DNA of 63,587 nucleotides, filler included, from Rhabdomonas costata (taxonomy: Eukaryota), in assembly GCA_019059605.1 (NCBI GenBank). It is 34 parts of 34 records of this genome, joined end to end, with 100 filler letters (N's around TTAATTAATTAA, not from the genome) between each part and the next. Parts side by side here need not be neighbours in the genome. Positions count along the whole stretch, not along the records: positions 37,476 to 39,248 come from JAHMHO010009268.1; positions 39,349 to 41,121 come from JAHMHO010009269.1; positions 41,222 to 42,994 come from JAHMHO010009270.1; positions 43,095 to 44,867 come from JAHMHO010009271.1; positions 44,968 to 46,742 come from JAHMHO010009272.1; positions 46,843 to 48,614 come from JAHMHO010009273.1; positions 48,715 to 50,486 come from JAHMHO010009274.1; 27 more parts are not named here. One strand, given 5' to 3'. Positions 37,476-49,682 of this stretch are shown piece after piece. A program made the translations under genes and the position numbers. The notes under the pieces are model-generated. The model ran no database searches and had not been told where the DNA came from. It worked only from the letters and a program-made list of their open reading frames with translations. Within the stretch, counting starts at the first letter, position 1; each line of letters begins with the position of its first letter.

Positions 37476-39035
37476 TGTTGGTGGGGAACTCTCCTTCCGC
37501 ACCTTTGTACACCTCGCACGGCTCTCCAGCGAAGGTCACACTAAGAGCGCCTTCCCTCAACCAAGCGGCCACCTTTGCATCGGAAACAAAGGCCAAGGAG
37601 TACGGGACGGGTGCCCGAAGGTACAGCTTTGCAATTGAAAACGAGTCCTTCTCCTGCTGGACCTCTGCTTCCAAAACCGCGTACGCGTCGCCCCGAAGGA
37701 CGACCTGCAAGGGGGTGCGCTTGGATTGCTCCGCAACAAAGGATACGTCATGGAGGACCAAAGAGCGGGTGTCGAGGACGGCATTCGCGGCAGCTGCGGT
37801 GCTGAACTGGCAGAAGACGACTTCTGGGCTGGACTTTAAGAAAGTGACATAAGTAAGCTCGGGGAAGACACGGCAGAGGATGTTCCGCAACATACGATGC
37901 AAGTTCACGGCCAGAAGGACAGGATGCACCACAGTCCCCCAAGCTGTGGTGGATAAGGGACAGCGGACAGGGAGCAGGGAAGAAAAGCAAAGAAATAGTA
38001 ACATTCCAAAACTAATTGAACGTGTGCACCTGGAATCCTCGCACCCTAAAAATTGCCATTGTCTTTACCAAAGTACAGTACAAACTACGCGATACCACCT
38101 ATCATTCTCGTAAACATATCATATCAAAGAGATGTATTGTTATCTGTTGCAACGCCCCCAACCCGAAACGTTTTTTTTTTTGGAATTTTTGCATCAGCCT
38201 GGCATGCTAACGGATGGAAGCTGCGGGTTGGTGCTCACATAGGGAGTTTTCCTGATCGGTATCAAAAAACACCGGTATCATAAGGTACTTCAAAAGACTA
38301 AGAGTCGACCAACCTCGGAGCTGAGTTAGGTAGAAAGGTCGCTTGGTGCCACTAAAAATAACTGGGTTTTGGGTTAGGTCAAGCTCACTTGACCCTATCA
38401 AGAGTCTCTACGTTCGTAAAGCATCAGACAAGATTACCTTTCCCCAATCCCTTGAATGATGATAATAGAAAACGTCTTTTTACATAAAACTACAAGGTAG
38501 AAAACCACAACTCAAGAAGACATACCCTCAAGAAAACTGCAGGGAACGCCCATCACGGGCACGCTCTTTTGTCGAACCAGAGGGGTGACATGAACCCTTG
38601 ACCTCAGCAGGAGAAAAACCTCGTTGAGGTGCAGGAACACCTCGGCCACGCCAAGGGGTTGAAGCTCCTCTCGAAGAACGCTCCGTAACACATCCGTCGC
38701 GCGCAGGTTCAGCTCAACCTGAGTCTCCTTCGTGAACTCAGACTGCGGGCGAGGCACGACCTCAAAGGTACCTCGGATAGTCTTCGGGGAGGAGTCCCGA
38801 GCAGCGGCAGCACTGAGACGGGAGGAAAAGTGGGCGATCACCACTCCAGAGCCAGGCATGTAGTTGACCCGGATAAGAAACGGGAAGGCGGGGCGCAGTA
38901 CGGCCATTAGAACTCTATGCAGCTCTACTGAGGCCAGCACGACATGAAACCCCTGCTCCGAGCAGGCCGTGAGTTCGATGGGTGAATCCAGAGCTCCAGA
39001 AATGGGAACCTTCGGGGAACCCACGGAGTTTGCAC
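37476..39035 (-). CDS. Protein with a tandemly duplicated RRM-like ~150-aa module; exons 39035-38526 and 37943-contig end
   Basis: VVLASVELHRVLMAVLRPAFPFL...AHFSSRLSAAAA versus VLLAVNLHRMLRNILCRVFPEL...CQFSTAAAANA. The junction g|gtatgt...cacag|ct is in phase. Confidence 0.7.
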
Positions 39036-41775
39036 CTGAGGCAGAGAGTGATCATCCGGATGGCCCCGGACAGAAAAACTACCCCACAACAATTCACATT
39101 GTAAGATTGTAAGAGAGGCAAGTGTTTATACATCGGACAGAAGGGAAGAACGGATTTACAGCGGCATAGAAGTCTGACGTGAGGGGCAAAGGAAGTTTAC
39201 AAAATATAGGCAAGACAAGACGATGCGCACCTGCGCAACACACCAACANNNNNNNNNNNNNNNNNNNNNNNNNNNNNNNNNNNNNNNNNNNNTTAATTAA
39301 TTAANNNNNNNNNNNNNNNNNNNNNNNNNNNNNNNNNNNNNNNNNNNNGGTGTGTTGTGCGTGTCCGCTTCTGTGACGGACCTTAATGAGTGTTGGTTTG
39401 ACTGCCGCATCGCGTCCCATGAACCAGTGCTAAATGAGTACGTCAGCCTCTCTCACTGCCATGCCCTGAACCTCTGTATCAACAAGGATCCAGATGTTCT
39501 TGGCTATGGACGCAGGGGCTGCTCAAAAACTGTTGTGCAGCTTCCAAGCACCATGTAGGCAGGCTTGAAATGGCTTTCTTGCAGCAATCAACACAAATCA
39601 ATGGTTACACTCCTCCAGGCTATAGTGCGTAATAAGTCCTGGACATGTCATACGCTTGTACACTGTTTAAGTGGATAGAGATCTATTTTGTGGTGAGCCA
39701 TACGGCTCCTCTTCCGCGGGTTTGCAAGCATTGTTGAAAATGGCAATAATGTGGATGATTATTGCTAAATACTTGTGGAATGGCTCTGTATTGATGTGCG
39801 CGCACCACTTGCTCCTCCTTTTTTCAATTCTTTGCGCCTTAACTGGGCGTAGGGCCGCTTTTTTCTGGACCTTCCTTGTGGCACTTACGGCATGGACTGC
39901 CCAACTGGATGATGTGGTTGCAACAACCACCTTATCCAGTTGGATGATGGGAGGGGAACGTGTTTCAAATCAACGCAGCTGCAAAGCCCTTGTAGAATGC
40001 AATAGTCAAATCGAGTCAATTTGTTAAAAAAAACAAGCATGACATTGTGCTCTACAACTCCACTGCAAACTTGCGGCAGCTGCGTTTCCACCTCTGATTC
40101 TGATTCTTGGCGCCGCGAACGAAGTCAAACTAGAAAATGAAAACGGCTGGCTAGTGGAATAAACTCATGCCATGCCACAGTGTGCAGCGCTGCACAGAAC
40201 AAGGCTAAATGGTCCCCTTCAAAAACCGCCATATTTATTCATCAAATAACATAACAAAGTACTGATTTATCCATAAGGCGACCCAAACTTGGCAGCACAA
40301 AAATGCGGTATTGGTGAGTATCTAAAACGGTTACGCTCAGTAATGTAAAGCCGCAGATAGAAAGTAACGCCCAAACGTCTGTTATATGCACTTCTGTTGA
40401 AAAATAATTGCCCGACTGTTCACATTTTTTGCGCATGGGCGTCTGCTAGTAAGAGCTGGATGGAAGAGAGTAGAGAGGAATTTATGCGTGTGTGTGAATT
40501 CAGAGTTACGCCTTAACTAAAATCACACGCATTACTGTATTTGTTTCATTCAGGTGACTCTGCTTCGTTTACAAGACGGCTCAGTTATTCTTTGCGCAAT
40601 GGCTAAGGTTCAGCACTTTTTGGTTTATTACATTAATTGCAGCAATACGTTACTGCACGCGCACACTTGTAACAAGGAAAAGCCGAAATAGCATTAAGGC
40701 TGCAGTGTAACTATTCGTGTTGATTATCATTTTTACTATTACTATGGAGGAAGAAAAGCAACCGGCCACTGGCCGAAGTCACCCAGGAAGCCGCTACTTT
40801 CTGGAAGGCGCAATGGGTGTACCAAGGACTTCCGAGTAGGGGATGCAGAATTCTTTGCTCCCGAGGGACCGTCGACGTCCGCCGGAATCTGGACAAAATC
40901 CAGGCACTCTTCTCCAAAGGAGACCCATTGAGCTACATACATCCGTCATCTTTGAAGTCATTGTGGACGACGCACACAGAACGTCTGGTTTTAGGGAAGA
41001 ACACCAATAGCACCATGGGCAACATCCATGACGAGCTTGTGAGGCCGCTGGACGTCACTAGCACGCAGAGCTCTCGCAATGGATGTTGCCCATGGTGCTA
41101 TTGGTGTTCTTCCCCAAAACCNNNNNNNNNNNNNNNNNNNNNNNNNNNNNNNNNNNNNNNNNNNNTTAATTAATTAANNNNNNNNNNNNNNNNNNNNNNN
41201 NNNNNNNNNNNNNNNNNNNNNGGGTGTCGTGTCTGTGCGTGATTTCTATCGCGGTGCACTTTTTGCAGGGGTGGGGGTGGGGGGCGAACTTTTGACGCTC
41301 TTGTTTTTTCGTGCCTTTGTGACGCACCTGATGATTAATAGAGGTTTGGGGGGGGTATCTGCACTGTGCTGCAAACAACGGACACATCATCAGTTGCTCA
41401 GTGAAGTACGCCACAAATATCGTCAACTGAGGACGTTGGCATCCCAAATCACCTCAAATGCGCTCGTAATTTGCTCAAAACCACGATTTTCTCGGGACAA
41501 ACTGGATTGGTTGTTCATTACGATGGCCACAATCTTGCTTTTTTGAGTTCGCCAAAGAGAAGCGTCCACCACGAGCCACCTGTTCTGTGAAAAAAAAAAA
41601 GACATGAGAGCATGAGAGCTGCGGTTCAAGCCCGGACGACTGTATAGCCGAGTGTACTGGGGCACCACGGGGATTGCAGTACTCATGGATGCGCGGGCAA
41701 GCAGAGAACAAACAGAGAACCCTCGAATCGAGGAGCATTTCTTTCTTTCTTTCTTTCTGGTGTGTGTCTGGGGTT

Positions 41776-42110
41776 GCTTCATAGAATAGCATCGTGTTTG
41801 GAGCACTCCAGGTTAGTGTCAAGCACACGTGAGAGATGCTAGCCTCCTTCCCCCCCCCCCGGTTCAAAAAATCCGCTACATAGAGTTTGCGGCTGCTAAA
41901 AGGACGCAGGAGGCAGAAAAAAAGCTGCTTGTCATGTTCGCTTCATCAGAAAGCATCGTGTTTGGAGTGACCACGTCCGGTTAGTCTCCAGCACAAGAAA
42001 GCGACACCACTAGCCACCTACATACCCACCTGCCCCCCTCCCAAAAGCCGCTTCATAGCGCCGCTTCATGGTGTGTTTACGGACGCCAAAAGGACGGAAA
42101 TGGCAGAAAA
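41776..42110. repeat. Degenerate ~165-bp tandem duplication
   Basis: gcttcat.agaa.agcatcgtgtttggag and aaaaggacg....ggcagaaaa each occur twice. Confidence 0.8.
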
Positions 42111-42221
42111 GTGAAAGAAGTCTTGCGCCCTCGAGCTTGCCAGTCCAGTTATCATTGGGAACTTTAGATGGGCAATGGTGCTAAGGCCGCTGCAATCACC
42201 TCAGTGTGTTCGTGTGGGCAG

Positions 42222-42386
42222 GACGTCGCCACGGAGACTGTGCGGACGGGGGAGTGCGCGGTGGGCAACTTCATCGCCGACGCCATGCGGGAGGAGATGA
42301 AGGCGGACTGCGCCGTGCTGAACTCCGGGCTGTTGCGCGCCAACATCCTCTACCTCCCCGGGATCCTGAAGATCAAGGACCTCTTG
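42222..42386 (+). CDS. 5'-nucleotidase/apyrase family C-terminal domain exon
   Basis: VRTGECAVGNFIADAMREEMKADCAVLNSGLLRAN...PGILKIKDLL matches the R..E..LGN.IADAM.....AD.A..NSG..R motif. Confidence 0.9.
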
Positions 42387-42689
42387 GCATGTGCCCTTGT
42401 GCTCAGCCTTACGTCCTGTTTTCAGTCATACTTGTATGGCCTAGGGAGGAGGTGGATCAGCGATTCTCCAGTTTTTCACATGTCCTACCCCGCTCTGGAA
42501 TTCCACACGCATAAGGCGGCCCTTTTTTTTCTTTTCGCAATTGCTATAAAAACGCAAAAACGCGCCCTTCCCGGATTTTTTTTTTTTACAAAAAACGAAA
42601 TGCGGGTTTTTCTATTTTGGTTCAGCATCTTTTTGCAGTTGCAAAGAATGTGATTCTCTTTTCTTCCTGAAAATGTCCCTTTGCTTTGC

Positions 42690-42810
42690 AGAAGAAAGAA
42701 AGAAAAGAAAAGAAAAGAAAAAAAAAGAAAAAGAAAAGAAAAAGAAAAAGAAAAAGAAAAGAAGAAGAAGAAGAAGAAGAAAAAGAAAAAGAAGAAGAAG
42801 AATAAAAAGG
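42690..42810. repeat. Polypurine (AAAAG/AAG)n microsatellite
   Basis: Direct reading. Confidence 0.95.
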
Positions 42811-44407
42811 AACTGGACCCCCAAGGAGAAGGGCCTGGTGTACGTGGTGAGCAAGCGGACCTTCAAGGCGGAGCATCAGTCTGCGATGGGGAACTGGGAG
42901 GCTGGCTTAGCTGCACCACTTGGCTTGGTTGAGAGCGGGAGCTGCGCTCATGCTGGCCTCTCCACTGCTTCTGCTCCGCCTTGAAGGTCCGCTTNNNNNN
43001 NNNNNNNNNNNNNNNNNNNNNNNNNNNNNNNNNNNNNNTTAATTAATTAANNNNNNNNNNNNNNNNNNNNNNNNNNNNNNNNNNNNNNNNNNNNGGGGTG
43101 TTGTATGGGAAAAATGTCAATTTCGTCCAGGATGCATGTTTTTCTTACGGTCACGGTCTCAGCATTGGCATCAGGGGTAGCGTAGCGTTGGATGTCAGGC
43201 CCTTGGTTCTACGCGTGGGCATCATCAGAGGCTTCACGTCACCAGGGGGTCTGAATTTCCGCGTGGGTTTATGGTGGGGCGTTTTTTCGATCCTTCGGGA
43301 TGTCCAAGCTGGACTTGGTCCAATGCAAGGCTGCAATGCTACTGCAAAAGCCAGGGGAACGCAAGGGATCTTAGATACCAAGGAATACGACCGCCAAGCT
43401 GTCATTGACCCGAAGTGGTTGTATTTGTCGCGAGAAGTGACCAGGGCTTAAGTTTGTTCGACTTGTAGAATTGCACGTGAGTTGGGTTGACATCCTCGAG
43501 AGAGAGAGCGAGAGAGGAATGATCTCAGCTACCACCCAACTCCACTCCGCTACAACTCAACTCCAAACTCGTACCTTTGAAGGAAATTTGGTAGTTTGAA
43601 GGAAATGCAAAGGCCACCCTCCACATACACCTTCCCAGAATTCCGCCCCGGGGGGACCCCTGTGCAGCATCTGCTTTAGTGCGGTGTGTTTTTGACTTAA
43701 AATACGTTGAAGCAACGTCAATTGGGAGTGGGGGTGTTAGTTGCAACGAGGACCAGTGGGGAGAATCTCCAAGCGACGACGGTGGGGGATAAACCTTTGC
43801 TGTGATGTGCGTTGCTTTTTAACCCCCTGTGGCGCTGTGCGACCGAAACCTGCTGAAGGGAGCGCATTTTACATTTCTTTGATTCTCATTGGTATTCATG
43901 ATTACTGCTGATATTGATTGAGGGGAGCTTTTTCTGAGAAGCAGGCCGGTGAGGGGGTGGGTCAAGCCCTTTCCCACGCATGTCTGCTTTCGCTGTGTGA
44001 CACCCAATGGCACACCTGCACCAGCCCGGCACACAGAGGAATACGAAGGATACGATAGTCCACACTCCTTGATACAGTGTAACAGAAAGAGTAAGCATGG
44101 CTGTAAAGTGGAGGTAGGTATCGTCCCCTGACCCTGTGAATTGCTGGGGGGCCGCCTCCCCCGACCGCCCGACCTAACCCCCTGCAAGGCAAAAACCATC
44201 CAAAGTGTGCCGAGCTAGTGCAGGAGCGCCAAATTAATATCGGAATCCTGAAGGCTGCTGCAACTTGGTTAGATCCGTCCCAGTTTTTTCGGCAACGCGC
44301 CACTCTGAGTTTTCACGCGTTGAGGATTCCCACTCCCCAATCTCTTTCGTTTCTGTCTCTCTTTTCATGAACCTGGCGCGCTGGAATCGCACAGGTATGC
44401 GAAGTAC

Positions 44408-44678
44408 CTGCGCAGCTTTGTATGCAGCTTCAACATTTTGCTGATGATGACGGTGAACCTGCTGGGCTTTGGCGTTGGAGTCGAAGCGTACGTTCCCCAC
44501 TCCCTTTCCCCGATTCTGGCAGCTCAGCTTCGTCTGCTCCTTCTCATATATGCTGGTTGCATGGGACGCGCCGCTGTACTTGAACATCAGCTGCGTCCCA
44601 GAGAAGAGGATCAATAGAACGTTGAGAAGAATCCCGCGACTTTCGGGCTTCAGTAGCACTCTCCAAAAGTCCGTCACG
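44408..44678 (-). CDS. Hypothetical protein exon
   Basis: Open 271-nt stretch between (CA)n-cag| and cag|gtactt; family not recognised. Confidence 0.45.
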
Positions 44679-45351
44679 CTGTGTGTGTGTGTGTGAAGGC
44701 AAAGCCTATCGAGAACCCTCCGTCACCAGGGAGCTTTCTGACATCCGCAGGCAGCTACGACCACGATCTCGGAGAGAAGGCCAGTTATTCCTTCAATCCA
44801 AGGCAGCAGTGACCCCGGTTGCGCAACTAACAATCATCCCTACATGTGATAGTAAATAAAACCCCACNNNNNNNNNNNNNNNNNNNNNNNNNNNNNNNNN
44901 NNNNNNNNNNNTTAATTAATTAANNNNNNNNNNNNNNNNNNNNNNNNNNNNNNNNNNNNNNNNNNNNGTTTTGTGACCCCCTCCCCACCACCCATGCAAG
45001 CCTGAATGGTGGGGAGGGGGTCACTAAAACAGACGGAACCCCTTAACAAGAAAGAAGAAACGAGAAATGTGTGCATTCTTGTTTTTCTCTCAGTCCTTAG
45101 CTTCCGGCCGTATACAGAGCACACGCATCTCATTCTAAATGGTGGGTAAAAAGTGCTCTGGTTGGCAGCTGAGGAGAACACGTGGTTCATCGCTGAAAAT
45201 TCACACAACCTCCACTCCCTCTCATTCTGGTAAGAACCATTTGACATTTGCGGCACAGGCTTTATGGAACTCTCCCAGCATATGCACACTCACGCGAAAC
45301 ACAAACGCACGCAAAGAAAGAAGACTACAGAGACTAAACTCCGGTAGGGAC

Positions 45352-46179
45352 CTGTAATCGGCACCGCGGCGCGGCGGGCGGCCACGCTTTGCAGCTCCAG
45401 TAGCTGCGAAGTCTTCGACCCAGGGGCGGCACAGACATCCAGCACAAGGCTGTCCGCCTGAGCGAAAAAGCTACCAGAAATGAAACAGAACCCCCACAAC
45501 ATTGGGGAAGACAAAACAAGGAAGAGGGATGAATCACCAGCCAATCGCTCAATACCTAAAGCACAGATGGGGCCGGGGCAGCGCGGTTCAGAGGTGTACT
45601 GTCATGGTTCCGCAGGCGGATGCGGAACCATGACAACTCTGAAGGAAGCTCCTCCAGAGTGGATGTGAAAAGGCCTGCTGACCCTGCTGACTTCCTCGAG
45701 AAGGCAAGTCTTTCGAACCCAGAAGGGTTGCCCGCGGAACAAGGTTCCAGACCTTGCAATTGAAGACATGATTTGGGAGGAAAGTGTCACGTATGGCATA
45801 CGGCTCGAACCGATTGGCTCGACCTCATCGATACAGACGCGGCCATGGATGGGCCTGGATTTAAAAGCCCATCGGCGACTTGCTCCCCACCGCGAGGAAC
45901 ACCAACCCACGTCGTGGTTAATTGGCATCGGGGTGGACACAACTTCTTCATGACGCAAAACGGAACGACAGGAATCACCCACCAGGTCGTGGAAAGCGAT
46001 TTTTTGTTCAGCGTGAAGAATGGCGAGGGGAATGTTGCCTGGATGTCCAGCAGGATGGCGGGGATCATCGACACGGCCTCCTGCTTCGTGAGGTTTCCCA
46101 GGGCCGTCTCTAACCCCACAAATCGGTTGAACTCCTCCAGCAGCGGAAGCTTCTTTAGAGACCTCTTCGTGGCAGTAAT
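45352..46179 (-). CDS. NSUN2: tRNA m5C methyltransferase NSUN2/Trm4 family; exons 46179-46039 and 45457-45352
   Basis: ETALGNLTKQEAVSMIPAILLDIQ|ADSLVLDVCAAPGSKTSQLLE. Confidence 0.9.
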
Positions 46180-47052
46180 CTGTTTCACAGAAACCAAACC
46201 GGAGTACCACTAGTCGGAACTAAAGCATCTCGCTTTTGGAGTATGACCCTTCATCTTGTAGACTTCTTCTCCCCTCCTTGCATTCACGCAGAAGGAGGCA
46301 AAGAAAGGGTTTCACTGCGGCATAGCGATGTGATGTTCACATAAGTGCGATTTATCGCACCTATTCATTATTCTCATGATTCCAATTTGTGATCATTTTT
46401 GCGGTTTGACCTTCGATCTCATGGAATGATCCTCCCTTCCTCGCATCCACGCAAAAGGATTGCATAACCATTTTGGAAGTGGCCTTCACTGCTGCAGAGC
46501 AATGCCCCCGGAATGGGAGCAAAGAGGACGTGCCAGCATTGAACGAATCTAAACCTCCCAGTGACTTTCAGCTTTCAGTCGTTTTGGTTTGCCTAAGATT
46601 TCGGACATCGCGCTCGGCTCTCTCACCATCAGGTTTTGGTGGACTTCGCGGTGCACGCGAATGTGCAGTACAGCGTGCAGTGCCGGTTGGTGCTGGTGCT
46701 GCCGCTGTGTGATGGATCCGCGGAGCGCGTCTTCGAGGTCACNNNNNNNNNNNNNNNNNNNNNNNNNNNNNNNNNNNNNNNNNNNNTTAATTAATTAANN
46801 NNNNNNNNNNNNNNNNNNNNNNNNNNNNNNNNNNNNNNNNNNGGGTGTTGGTTGGTGTCTTCATGTTTGTTTTTCTGAGTGCGAGATTTATTCTTGCTTA
46901 TGGAGGGATACAGAGTTGTCAAGTCAGACCACTCAAAAGTGTGAGTTGGGGTGTTGTATTTTCTCGCATGGGACTGGAGGAAGAAATAATCAAAGTTTGG
47001 ATGCAATCGCTTTGGGTTGTACGTGCCCATACATATTTCTTTGCCACGACAG

Positions 47053-47461
47053 CTGCGCAATGGAAGGGGTTGGGCAAGGAGCAGAAGAAGCCCTATGAAG
47101 CCCGAGCGATCGCCCTCTCCCCTCGCAAGGTATCAGAATTGGAACCCCGGGTCTTCCCAGCTGCACACTCCTCACAAACGTCATGTGTACATCATGATAC
47201 TTACTTTTTGTTTAACTTCACTGAGATCACTTGGGTTGGAGGTTGAAACCGCGTATCGAGACTGCGTTGCTAAGTATCAGTGAAATGAAAGCGCGGTGAT
47301 TTGCCAATTGGGACAGAGTGCGCAGCGTGCAAGCCCCACTTTCTTTCTGGTCTTTCGTGGAGATACACTCTTTCCTGGGCACACAGAGGGTCACTGCGTA
47401 CCAGCTTTTCAGCAAGCAAATATGGGCCCGCCCGGAGAACAAGGCCCTTTCTTTGGAGGCG
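47053..47461 (+). CDS. Tandem HMG-box-like protein fragment; exons 47053-47129 and 47387-47461
   Basis: AQWKGLGKEQKKPYEARA...RK|RVTAYQLFSKQIWARPE: the end of one HMG box joined in phase to the start of the next. Confidence 0.75.
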
Positions 47462-48924
47462 GTGAGAAAGAAGATTTGTATGCATAACTGCCCCCGCCAT
47501 TTCTCAGCTAACCATTTTTTTGGGGTAGACTCCTCGGGTGTGTTACTCTGTTCGCTGAAAGGGATGCCCCCAAGCCAAACACTCTCCGGACTCGAAGACC
47601 GACTCGAAGAGAACCTATACCAGAACGAAGTTGATTAGAACTTTCGGAAAAAGGCTTGTGTTTGGTTGAGCTCACTTCTCCTTCCTGACTTTTTTCATCA
47701 GCCATTCTCTTATGCTCCAGAGAATCGCAAGGAATAAATTAGCGCCGCAGATGTCCTTCCCCCATCGCCCCATCGGATGTCCGGGAGAATAGAAAGATGA
47801 AACAGGGAGTATCGCTTACTAGATCGTGCTGTTTCTCTGAGCTGAGCTGAAGACCAGGCTGCTTTGGGCTTCCTCATCATCCAGTCTTCCCTGACAGCTC
47901 AAATGGTTGAAATGGCTATGGACCTCTGCAGGAAACGTGCCGGGAAGGTCGCGCCCCTCTCTTCTTGGCCTCCTCTTCTCTTCAGCGGAGCTATGGAAGG
48001 TCCTCCCGCAGACCAGGAAGAAGGCATTTCAGGACCGCGCCGTGGAGCTTTCTCCCCCCGCCACTCCCAAGGTGCTCCATGTTCCGCTATGTTGCATGCA
48101 CATGGGGTGAAGAAGAGTTCATTCGCACCCCTTTAATCGCACACCACAAATGACGATGTACCAAAGGGGACCAAAGAACCTGGGAATAAATATGACCGTA
48201 AGATGCAATACACGAGACTTCACGTCTTCGCTGTCGTCGTTTGAGATGCTAACTTAGTTGCTGGACACCTGGTAAAGACGCCCCCTACGGAGAGTCAAGT
48301 CCGTGCAGGTCCAGCACATCCCAAACGAATCCCAGCTCAACATGTGTTTTGCCAGTACCTCTGCATAGCCTCCTTCAGCGCAGACTCAACCTCACATCTT
48401 ATCATCATGTTGGCTGGTTGTTTCCAGGTCCATTGTCGCTTTTCAGAGAACTGAACGTCACTGGCCCGTTTCTTTGATGTTACTCTCTTTGCTTTTTTTC
48501 CCACGTAACGCGCGTGCGTGCGTCCTCTCTGCGTGCCATTTCACTCGGCCAACGCTGAATGCTAGAATACACTCCCCCGTTTCTGCACCTGCTCCGCGAC
48601 ACCATTCGTACATTNNNNNNNNNNNNNNNNNNNNNNNNNNNNNNNNNNNNNNNNNNNNTTAATTAATTAANNNNNNNNNNNNNNNNNNNNNNNNNNNNNN
48701 NNNNNNNNNNNNNNCAGTTCTCAAACTCTGCCCCCTCCGCTGACGCGTTCGGCGCCTTGCAGATGCTACACCCCGCAGGTGCAGAGGTCCTACGCGGTCC
48801 AATTCCTGAGGAAGATGTTATATGCCTGACAGAGGACGCCTAGTGGATGTGTGGTGGTTCGGGATGCTTGCGTTGCTTTCCGGAGGAGGAACGTGGGACC
48901 GGACTTCGGTCGGCCGTCGCAAAG

Positions 48925-49682
48925 GTCTCGCTGGGGTGACCGAAATGGAGGCGCAGCTTCGGTTTCTGCACTCGCTCCTGATGCGGTTCCCAGAGAGGGA
49001 GGGCCTGTGGCTCCATCTTCGGTGGCTGCTTTTGCACCTCCCGGCACCGCAGCGAGCCACGTGGATAACGTATGTCACTATTGGTGGTTAGCACCTTTTT
49101 TTGGACAACGAGCTGTAAACGAACCTTTGCGTTTACCTTGTAATGTGTATCCCGTCGACAACGGACTCAAGGCGCCTGCTGCTTGAAAGGCTGTTTAACG
49201 AGGTTGTGTGCATTGAAGGCGCGAGGGCGAAATTTCTTGGGCAACCTGTTATGGGGGATGATGGGCGGAGGGGTTCGACATCAGGATAATGTGGTTTTAT
49301 CCTTTCCAGGGGAACCCTTTGCGAGGAGATGACTGACACCCTATCCTCTTGCTTAGAGGCGGGCTTTGAGGATCCGCTCCGCAGTGCCGCGGTAGCTGCC
49401 TTTGCACAGTCGCTGTGCTTGTTTCTGCTCGGAAAGCTGCTGCCTTGTCCCGGGAACCCACCGTGTGGTACCCACGTTGCAGGTCCCCCCGTGCTGGGAT
49501 GTGGGCAGCAGAGTCCCATCCTGGCTGCACTATGCGAGCTGGTGGGCGGTCCTGGTCCGTTGGGACGGCCTGCGCACTGCGGTGAGGACACTCACCGGAA
49601 GGAAGCACTGCGGTGGTTTCAAGTAGTGTTCAAGGCAAACCAGGGGCACTATCTTGCTCAGAAGTGGTGGAAAACTGGGTGA
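48925..49682 (+). CDS. Protein prenyltransferase alpha-repeat protein (PTAR1-like), C-terminal exons ~48925-49069 and 49310-49682
   Basis: AQLRFLHSLLMRFPEREGLWLHLRWLL fits the PFTA repeat; the ac|gtatgt...ttccag|g junction is in phase. The 5' boundary is uncertain. Confidence 0.65.

Noticed and set aside
42612..42984. Lys/Arg-rich and Phe/Leu-rich ORFs
   Set aside because: They are translations of a purine microsatellite.
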